A DNA stretch of 64,000 nt, taken from a virus. Every line of letters starts with the position of its first letter. Position 1 is the first letter of the stretch. This document shows positions 50,012-57,496 of this stretch, in pieces. The DNA lies in the IMG/VR virus record IMGVR_UViG_3300049847_000198, positions 48,082 through 112,081 of that record. One strand, 5' to 3'. The notes beneath the pieces are model-generated. The model had not been told where the DNA came from. It did no database searches and was given only the letters and a program-made list of their open reading frames with translations. Both the position numbers and the translations under genes were made by a program.

Positions 50012-52771
50012 CTACTTATGAATCGCCAACGTCTGCGGTCGTTCTTGGCTACCATGACGAGAGTGTTGATACCAGCGGAACAGTTGCAACCACCAGTTGG
50101 CCGGCAACGCACCGAATTCAGCGGACGTGCGACGTAACGCCACCGGCAGGCTTAGTTGGTCGCGATGCGTGCCTGCTGAGACCTCGGACCACCAAGCACG
50201 ATTGAACTCATCGCACGCACCATGACCGCGACGGATCAGAATACCTCCCAACCAGAGTCCCCAATGTGCCGGGTGTCCCTCTTGGTTGTACCGTTGCAGT
50301 TGGTGTTGCACGTTGCTTGCCACGTCGTCGTGTCGTCGCACCAGTGCCGTCGCCTCGTCGTATATGCAATCGCGTTCTTGGTGTCGGAAGAAGTACATCG
50401 GCTTGTCACCTCCCCACGCCTCGCACTCGGCGAGTACATCCAGAGGATCTACTGCGAGTTGCAATTGTCCGTCGTGGTAGATCGTCCAGTCGGCTTCTGG
50501 GAACAGATCCGGCCCCAGAATCTTCGGCTGGCGTGATCGGTGCTTCGGTGACAGGTGCGTGACGTTTGGCCGCAAGATCTCCCACGGCGAGGGTACGTTA
50601 TTAGCGTCGGTAATCGCGACGTATCGGACGTTCGGATTGACGACGAGAGGCCGTCGAATCTGGTCGTAACCGTTGATGACGACCGTGTAGACAACGATCT
50701 GCTCAGTGACGGCTCGCAGCGGGTCGATCAACTTCGGCATCACCTGCCGATAGTGCTCGACATCATCACCCAGCCACCTCCGCAGCATCTTGAAGTCATG
50801 GTCTCGCACGTCATTGGCGGAACTGCCGCCGCCACTCGCTCGACCGGGCATCTGTTTCATGCCGACGTTCAGCGGTTGCTCAAGATCATGCCGGCGACCT
50901 TTAACAAGATCCCAGAAACGCAAATCAACCGAGCGATGATCGGACTTGCAAGCGGCGATGAACTGCGGAAGCACATCGCGACGAAATCCAGTGCGACAGA
51001 GGCTCGCGTGCTTGTGTGTCGTGTAGATGCGATAACGGCCCTCTCGCGGCCAGTAGTAGGTTGTCAGACCGCAGCCGACAAGAGCGTCATCGTCGAGCCA
51101 GCCGTTCATTCGCTCGATGTATTCCGGAGCGTACCACTCGTCGTCTTCGATGATCAAAACTCGATCGTGCTGGATGTGCGGAATCGCGATTCGCAGGTTT
51201 CGCGAAAGCGTGTGACCCTCGTTTCGTCCCGGCTGGCGGCGAATGTATTGCTGTCCGGCCGTGCATTTCGTCGGCACTCGGCCATCGTCAACCACGATCC
51301 ATTGAATCGGTCCCGTGAATGTCTGGCGAGCCATCCACCGCTCGCATAACGCGAAGGCTTCCGGTCGATCTCCCGTCGGAGTGATCAGCGTAACGCCCTT
51401 CTCGCCATCCACAAACGACTTCGCCCGATGTGCTCCGTTGTTTCCGAGAGTGCTCTGCTGCCCCGTGTGCTGAAGAAGGCTCGGCCAGTGAACGTACTCG
51501 GTGAAGCCCGCGTCCGTCATGCACTGCCAAATCATTCCGTCCACGTTCCGCCAAGCCGGTGAGCGGCCTCCAATCGAAGTGACCTTCTTTGTCAGATGCG
51601 GAGCCGTAAGTAGCGAGGCTATCGCCGCACGATCAAAAACGATGCCCTGCGATCCGAAACCTCGATCGAGTGCAGGCTGCCAACCGTCGTCGGTCAGTCG
51701 CTCGTTTCGTCGCGACGTGTAGAGGTTGAGGTACGCCTCTCCGGGCCACGCCATCGTCTCAAGTCGCGTTCGCAAGTCACGCACGGCTTCAACGTCGTCC
51801 TCAAACATGATGTATCGGTCAGCGTGCGGGAAACGGACGTAGAGTTGCCACAACGACGTGATGAACGACCCGACCGCTCGCAACGCTGGCGAGTAGTTCG
51901 TGACCTCCAATCCCATGCTGCGAATCACCGATACGTCATCAACGCCGTCCGCGAAGATCCAAGGCTTATCAAACCCCGCCGCCGCCAGCGAATCGAGAGT
52001 CGCTTTCAGTGTTCCATCGTCGATCCTCGCCTGCACGGTTCTCACACCGTAAACAAACTCCACTTTGCCGACGTTACTCGCTCGCCCGGAGTGCCGCTCA
52101 CAGGAGAAGCACGACCGCACGCCGTTGATTGCGTGTCGCGTCTGACATTCTCCGAACAACGAACAACCACGCACGTCGAACGTCTTTGTGCCGCCGCCGC
52201 AGCACGTCGGCAAATCAACCGTGCGAACAACGTCACCGAGGTATTGGCAATTGCCGACCACCGGAGGCGACCCTTTATGAATCACTCCTGAACGCAATGA
52301 TTGGACCGATTGCGGTTTCTTCTCTGGAGACCAGCTTGCGATGTACTCCGCCCGTTTCGTTTCGCTGATGTTGACGCCGCGACAAATCTGCACGTCGCGA
52401 GCTTTCATGTCGCGCTTATGACGTGAGCAGAATCCACGGACAGGACATTCGCAGCCACGACCGAAATCTGTCTTATCGGCTTCGGCAGCGTCGATCGCCT
52501 TCGTAACCAGCGTGGGGAATGGATCGAACCAATTCACCTCGAACGCGAGTCCCGTTTGAACAGCCTTCGCCGCCGCTCGAAAGCGAGCACTCCAACCGAA
52601 AGAATCGACGCCGTCACGGAGCCATTGCACGATCTCCGCGTGATGTTCACGACACCCGTTTACGCCCCATTCATCCATCTGCCGGACGTGCTCTGCACAC
52701 GGGCACTCGGCCGTAACGACGATCCCAAGGCTGTTGAGAATGGATTTGAGTTGTGAACCGGGTCCGCTCAT
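50012..52771 (-). CDS. Multidomain glycosyltransferase (Cys-rich + GT25-like + GT2 + DUF616-like)
   Basis: MFEDD..PSLLQHTG; ITPTGDRPEAF, VVDDG, IIEDDEWY; VVYTVVINGYD, HQERDCIYDEA, RDQLS. Confidence 0.8.
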   Translation of the reverse strand: MSGPGSQLKSILNSLGIVVTAECPCAEHVRQMDEWGVNGCREHHAEIVQWLRDGVDSFGWSARFRAAAKAVQTGLAFEVNWFDPFPTLVTKAIDAAEADKTDFGRGCECPVRGFCSRHKRDMKARDVQICRGVNISETKRAEYIASWSPEKKPQSVQSLRSGVIHKGSPPVVGNCQYLGDVVRTVDLPTCCGGGTKTFDVRGCSLFGECQTRHAINGVRSCFSCERHSGRASNVGKVEFVYGVRTVQARIDDGTLKATLDSLAAAGFDKPWIFADGVDDVSVIRSMGLEVTNYSPALRAVGSFITSLWQLYVRFPHADRYIMFEDDVEAVRDLRTRLETMAWPGEAYLNLYTSRRNERLTDDGWQPALDRGFGSQGIVFDRAAIASLLTAPHLTKKVTSIGGRSPAWRNVDGMIWQCMTDAGFTEYVHWPSLLQHTGQQSTLGNNGAHRAKSFVDGEKGVTLITPTGDRPEAFALCERWMARQTFTGPIQWIVVDDGRVPTKCTAGQQYIRRQPGRNEGHTLSRNLRIAIPHIQHDRVLIIEDDEWYAPEYIERMNGWLDDDALVGCGLTTYYWPREGRYRIYTTHKHASLCRTGFRRDVLPQFIAACKSDHRSVDLRFWDLVKGRRHDLEQPLNVGMKQMPGRASGGGSSANDVRDHDFKMLRRWLGDDVEHYRQVMPKLIDPLRAVTEQIVVYTVVINGYDQIRRPLVVNPNVRYVAITDANNVPSPWEILRPNVTHLSPKHRSRQPKILGPDLFPEADWTIYHDGQLQLAVDPLDVLAECEAWGGDKPMYFFRHQERDCIYDEATALVRRHDDVASNVQHQLQRYNQEGHPAHWGLWLGGILIRRGHGACDEFNRAWWSEVSAGTHRDQLSLPVALRRTSAEFGALPANWWLQLFRWYQHSRHGSQERPQTLAIHK

Positions 52772-54417
52772 AAAGTTATCCTGAACATGCAGTCGCCGGT
52801 CGGCCCTGACGGATCACAGCAATCGCAATTGCCAATCACGATTGAACCTGCCGACTGACGAATCAAGTCGCAATCAAACTTAAACTCCAAAACCGGCGGC
52901 GAGCACGTTGACGTTGGTTCTGGCAAGAGCGTTCCGGTCAGCAGATAAGAGTCGAGACCGCAGACCTCAATGAACTGGTAATAGAGACGATACTTCGACA
53001 TATCCACGACAGAACTCGCGTCACATCGCGGGTCGTACTCGTACCAGATGGCTAGACCAAGTTGAAAGCTGCCGCCAAAGCCATCAGCCTCACAGATCGG
53101 GTACATGCCGAGATTGTTCGTGATCGTCAGGCTGTCGGAGACGTAGACCTGGCATGACTCAAGCGGAGCATCGGGTGACGGAGTGAATCCTCCCCTCGAT
53201 TTGAGATTCAAAATCGTTCCGTCAACTGTACATCCTGGAGAGACTACCTCGCACGCCAGTATCTTCTCGTCGCAGCCGAGAGTCGGAATCTCAAACCCCG
53301 GACAAGCTCCGTTGCACGAATCTGGGTCAGTCGCCTCACATCCAGTGCCGCACCGAATCTCTTCGATCCGCAGTTCGCCTGCTCGTGGTCCAGTGTCACC
53401 CTCTTTGTAGACAACGATCTCGAACGCGATGCCGGTGTGATAGAGTTTTGTGTCCGCCTGAGGGTCAGGCTCGCAGATTTGAACGCCCTCGCCAGTCTTG
53501 AAATTTTGCGGGCCGACGCAGGTTTGACCGCCAAGGCACGGATGGCCTCCGTGCTCCAGGTTGTAGACGGTCGGATTGTCGGTGATGTTCAAGTCTCCAA
53601 CCATAACGTCATGCTGAGCGAACACACCGCCGTCGATCGTTGCTGTGATCGAGCACTTATTTTGAAAACGACCAGCGGCGTAGTCTGGGTCGCTCAAGAA
53701 AACACGAACGATATATTCTACACCATCGACGTTGAATTCCGTCGCGGGCAACCAAGTCCGGTCGCAATCGAACTCAAGAATTCGAGAACTAATGCGAGGG
53801 TCGCATTCTTCCAGTGGAATGTCACCCGGATAGAGTCGCAGTGTCGCACACAGCTTGCGAGGAATGATCGTCGCACATGTACACGCCGGGCACTGCTGAG
53901 TCGCCAGCGGGTTCTGAATGTACTCATCCATCCCGCTTCTGACGGTCACGACGTAATGAATTCCCGCTGCGTCGTCGCCCTCAAACGTAAAATCGAAGAA
54001 CCCGCAACCCGAACCATCCACGTCAATCACGATCGGATCGAAGCCACCGAACAACTCCGGGCACCAGACCTTCGTTACGCAGTGTCCATCGACGTTGACA
54101 GGTTTAACGTAGACGTTGAGTTGAAGCGACGGGTCTTGCTCGCAGTGCCCCTGTCCGATCCACGTTTTTTCAAGATACTCGGCTGGGATCGGGTCGCCCT
54201 GTGCATTGTAAACCTCGCACTTGTAGTCGATCGGAAAACGAAATGTTTCGCAGCACTCTGGCTCACTGCCGCTTCCTGGGTACGTCACGACCGCCGTGGC
54301 ACAGATGAACCTTGGCTGGTCGTGCAAACATCCGTTGCAATCACGATCTCGGACGTAGAGGTAGTTTCGATCCATCAGCAGTAGTTCGCCGTGTCCATCA
54401 GTGAAACCACGGTCCAA
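52768..54417 (-). CDS. Cys-rich putative virion protein
   Basis: 549 aa, many Cys pairs, acidic. Confidence 0.55.
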   Translation of the reverse strand: MDRGFTDGHGELLLMDRNYLYVRDRDCNGCLHDQPRFICATAVVTYPGSGSEPECCETFRFPIDYKCEVYNAQGDPIPAEYLEKTWIGQGHCEQDPSLQLNVYVKPVNVDGHCVTKVWCPELFGGFDPIVIDVDGSGCGFFDFTFEGDDAAGIHYVVTVRSGMDEYIQNPLATQQCPACTCATIIPRKLCATLRLYPGDIPLEECDPRISSRILEFDCDRTWLPATEFNVDGVEYIVRVFLSDPDYAAGRFQNKCSITATIDGGVFAQHDVMVGDLNITDNPTVYNLEHGGHPCLGGQTCVGPQNFKTGEGVQICEPDPQADTKLYHTGIAFEIVVYKEGDTGPRAGELRIEEIRCGTGCEATDPDSCNGACPGFEIPTLGCDEKILACEVVSPGCTVDGTILNLKSRGGFTPSPDAPLESCQVYVSDSLTITNNLGMYPICEADGFGGSFQLGLAIWYEYDPRCDASSVVDMSKYRLYYQFIEVCGLDSYLLTGTLLPEPTSTCSPPVLEFKFDCDLIRQSAGSIVIGNCDCCDPSGPTGDCMFRITL

Positions 54418-55262
54418 ACACAGACTTCATCGGAGTCGCTTCCAGAACCGACCGGGCATAGATCCTCGCAGTCCGAACCGCTGCCGATACTGCCACCCTC
54501 GCCAGAGTGCCACCTCGTTTTAGCCGCCCAACCACGCACACCGTTCCATGCGGCTGGAAAGCTTGGAGAATGAGCACCGCCAAAGAAATAGCCCATCTGC
54601 GAATCGTCTCTCAGACAAATTGTGTCGCCCTCGCTGACACCGCTTCCGGAGCATAGCACGCGACGGACTGTGCCTGTCCCCGTCAGCGTGCAGCAATTCA
54701 CCTCGGACAAAGCGAACTCGATGAGTTCGCCTCCAGATGAACCTCCGCCGCCCATTGGACGCAACTCGCCATCCAACAGAATGCAGAAGACGTAATCGCC
54801 ATCAGATGCAGATAGATCCGTTCTTCGATTGACTATCTGGAATTCGTCGCCAATATCAGCGAAAGACAAAGCCTCTTGGTCTGTGTTTACTTTATGGTTC
54901 GTTGGCCTGAGTCGTCTCATCGTCACGACAACAGGATCATCAAGCGGGTCAGTCGATGCTGGCATGTCTTCAAGAAGGATGCCCTCAAAAAACAATCCCG
55001 GCATCTTGAATTCAGGGTTCCCTGAGAAAGCCGCGAAGTTCAGTCCAGGCATCGAACGCTGTAGCTGATTCGGACGCGAAGCCTGCTCGGAGATATCACG
55101 AAGCTGAGACGCCGTTACCGGGCTACCACCAACGAACTTAACGGGCGGAAGCTGTCCAACACCAACGGCGTTGCCTGCTGGAATGTCGCCATTAACGGCT
55201 TTCGGTAGCTTGGATGGTATTGGCACGTCTGGCGGCTTCCATAACTGACTCGATGTTCGCAA
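54375..55262 (-). CDS. Putative tail protein
   Basis: Gly/Cys-rich; start uncertain. Confidence 0.45.
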   Translation of the reverse strand: MRTSSQLWKPPDVPIPSKLPKAVNGDIPAGNAVGVGQLPPVKFVGGSPVTASQLRDISEQASRPNQLQRSMPGLNFAAFSGNPEFKMPGLFFEGILLEDMPASTDPLDDPVVVTMRRLRPTNHKVNTDQEALSFADIGDEFQIVNRRTDLSASDGDYVFCILLDGELRPMGGGGSSGGELIEFALSEVNCCTLTGTGTVRRVLCSGSGVSEGDTICLRDDSQMGYFFGGAHSPSFPAAWNGVRGWAAKTRWHSGEGGSIGSGSDCEDLCPVGSGSDSDEVCVWTVVSLMDTANYC

Positions 55263-55539
55263 AAGAGAACGTGCGGGAGTCTATCGCGGCGGACAACTTG
55301 GTCAAAGTCTGTTCCAGTGCATCACACGGAACGAATTCCGCTTCCGAACCAGACGCATATAGCCATCCGATGTTCGGCATGTAGCAATTGCCGTACTGAT
55401 AAAGGTGCTCGACAAGCGACTGAAAAACATGCTCTATTACGGCGGTTGCGCAAATAGGCGGCGTTCCGAGCATGAGCGAGACGGAATACGCCAACTCACT
55501 GAGGCAACGATCCCTGTCGAGCGATAGGTGGTCCGTCAT
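55192..55539 (-). CDS. Hypothetical protein (weak HU-like pattern)
   Basis: Helical N-terminus then MPNIGWL...FVPC..L. Confidence 0.4.
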   Translation of the reverse strand: MTDHLSLDRDRCLSELAYSVSLMLGTPPICATAVIEHVFQSLVEHLYQYGNCYMPNIGWLYASGSEAEFVPCDALEQTLTKLSAAIDSRTFSFANIESVMEAARRANTIQATESR

Positions 55540-55835
55540 GCTTGCCGTACTCGGTACTCGAACCAGACGGATTTCATTTCAGTCTCAGCAGAGACTGAAA
55601 AATGGTTCTGGTTCTTTTCGCACTGTGTCTTCGCCTGATTCGCCTGTTCCTCAGTCGCATATCGAGTCGATGTGTGCCATTCACGGTCAAGAAAAACCAA
55701 TTCTTTTCGGAAGTCGGGATTCACACGACGCTCAAGAATCCACGGCTTCGTCTTGGCAGCACGCTTTCGGTATCTCGGCTTGTCTCCGTCTGGTTCAGCG
55801 TGCATGTTTACCTTCGTCGAAAAAGATCGGCTCAC
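55536..55835 (-). CDS. Hypothetical protein
   Basis: ATGA-coupled ORF. Confidence 0.5.
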   Translation of the reverse strand: MSRSFSTKVNMHAEPDGDKPRYRKRAAKTKPWILERRVNPDFRKELVFLDREWHTSTRYATEEQANQAKTQCEKNQNHFSVSAETEMKSVWFEYRVRQA

Positions 55836-56018
55836 TCTTCAGCACTTCGTCGTTCCATGCTCTCAGCCAGTACGGGTCGCTGCTGATTTCAGAACACTCG
55901 CACGGCCAATCACTAACTCCACACGGGCACATCGCCTGTAACTTACTCAGTCGTCTCTGCTGGCAAATCTGAGCACAGCGACGCTGCGTTGAGACTGAAA
56001 AACTATCCTCTTCGCACA

Positions 56019-56648
56019 TTACCACGGTCTCTCACCGGACATCGCAGTCAGCCGCTCAAACGACGTCTTCTGCTGCACGAAATCTTCGGTCGGACGCCGC
56101 TTCAGTTCTTCGACGATCCGTGCCTTCATGCTGCCGCGCAGGTTCTTCATGTTACCGACCATCCACTCAAGATAATCGGCAGGCACCTTGGAAATCGCAA
56201 CTCCCGACCACTTCCCAAACGGCATCAGGAACTCAGGTGTCGGTCCAGCTTCCTTTAAGAGCTCCATGCACAGCTTCGTCGCCTCAGCGTTCTCGCTCGC
56301 CGGAATCCACTTGATCGCGACGTTGCGACCTTCCGCCAGCTTCTTGCACTCGGCGATCTTCTTTTTGATCCAAGACTTGTTCACCGCGAACTCGCCGGTC
56401 CATTGGTTTGCCAACATCAAGGCGTCTGAAAAGATCGTCACGTCTCGAATGTCGTCTTCGGCGACCAGCTTCATTGCGGCGAGCAGTCCCTCGTAGCCGC
56501 CATTGCAGTGACTCACGTTCTGGCCGAATCCTGCCGGTCCATTCTCGTCGGCGTAGAACTCGCCGTCTTTTTTCGCGACGAATGCGTAGCACGCAGTTCC
56601 TCCGGGATTCGGAGCACAGTAGCCCTTGACGTAGATTTGGAACATCAC
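56019..56648 (-). CDS. RNase HI-fold protein (catalytic residues altered) with DUF3820-like domain
   Basis: YVKG.C.PNPG, IFSD..L..Q..G, WIP..EN; MPFGKWSG..I..VPADYLEW. Confidence 0.75.
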   Translation of the reverse strand: MMFQIYVKGYCAPNPGGTACYAFVAKKDGEFYADENGPAGFGQNVSHCNGGYEGLLAAMKLVAEDDIRDVTIFSDALMLANQWTGEFAVNKSWIKKKIAECKKLAEGRNVAIKWIPASENAEATKLCMELLKEAGPTPEFLMPFGKWSGVAISKVPADYLEWMVGNMKNLRGSMKARIVEELKRRPTEDFVQQKTSFERLTAMSGERPW

Positions 56649-57259
56649 TTCGCCTCCACTGCCGAATCACTGGCATCCTCTTTGTCTTTGAACGAAAACA
56701 GATCGCACTCAGGATGACGGTATTCAGGGCAGCAATCGGTTCCGTCGTTCGGGAAGTCATAGAGCGACTCGTCTCCCCACTCGGACCACAGATCGTACAT
56801 ATCCTCCAGGGCTTCCTCGACTTCTTCCTGAGTCTTCGTCCCGGAATAAAGAACAGGTCGATCAGTCTCAACAACCTTTCCGACATCTTCCATGAGTCGC
56901 TCGTAGGTCAGCCCGAAGTCGTCGGCGAAACGCTGTATGGTTGCGTTTCTTTTGACTTCCCTCGTCGGTGCCGCAAAAGCGATTTCAGGGTGATCCCAGT
57001 GATGCTGCACGTTCGGAATCTCCGTCTGCGCCATGAGCAACCAGAAGGACTTACCGGTCAGGATTGTTGACTTCAAAAACGGATCAGCGACTCCCGGACC
57101 TTTTTCGTCAGGCACCGCCTCGTTGAATTCGTTCAAGCCGACTCGCGATCCCGGAGCGATTGGCTTGCCAGCCCGCACCGCCACAATCGCGACGTGAATG
57201 GCGTCCTTGTCTCCAAGTTCAGCCGGACTCTTTCCGAGGACGTTCTTTTTGTTAATCAC
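56645..57259 (-). CDS. Conserved phage hypothetical protein
   Basis: DAIHVAI, GVADPFL, FWLLM, HHWDHP; GAAAGGCAA RBS. Confidence 0.65.
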   Translation of the reverse strand: MINKKNVLGKSPAELGDKDAIHVAIVAVRAGKPIAPGSRVGLNEFNEAVPDEKGPGVADPFLKSTILTGKSFWLLMAQTEIPNVQHHWDHPEIAFAAPTREVKRNATIQRFADDFGLTYERLMEDVGKVVETDRPVLYSGTKTQEEVEEALEDMYDLWSEWGDESLYDFPNDGTDCCPEYRHPECDLFSFKDKEDASDSAVEAK

Positions 57260-57306
57260 TACTTTGCCTTTCTGTGAGTTGAAATAGAAGCGATAAGCGG
57301 ACGAGG

Positions 57307-57335
57307 ATTTTACCAAAACGAACAGCGTTTCGCAA
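57307..57335 (-). promoter_or_regulatory. Phage promoter motif TTGCGA-N17-TAAAAT
   Basis: TGTTCGTTTTGGTAAAAT identical to the 12426 site. Confidence 0.7.
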
Positions 57336-57351
57336 CCAAAGACGTTTTCGA

Positions 57352-57365
57352 GTGCCGCGCGGCAC
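57352..57365. repeat. parS-like palindrome (GTGCCGCGCGGCAC)
   Basis: Extended GTTTTCGAGTGCC..GGCACCTGAAAAC; divergent intergenic region. Confidence 0.85.
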
Positions 57366-57496
57366 CTGAAAACTAAGGCTAGAAGTTTTTGATCGGCCCA
57401 TCTAAACTAGAAGCCGCGAGAGGAACGAGTCCAATCGCGGCTTTTTCGTTGTCTGAAGCGTTTCGCGGCGCGTCAGGCGGCAGCTACATCAGGGCA

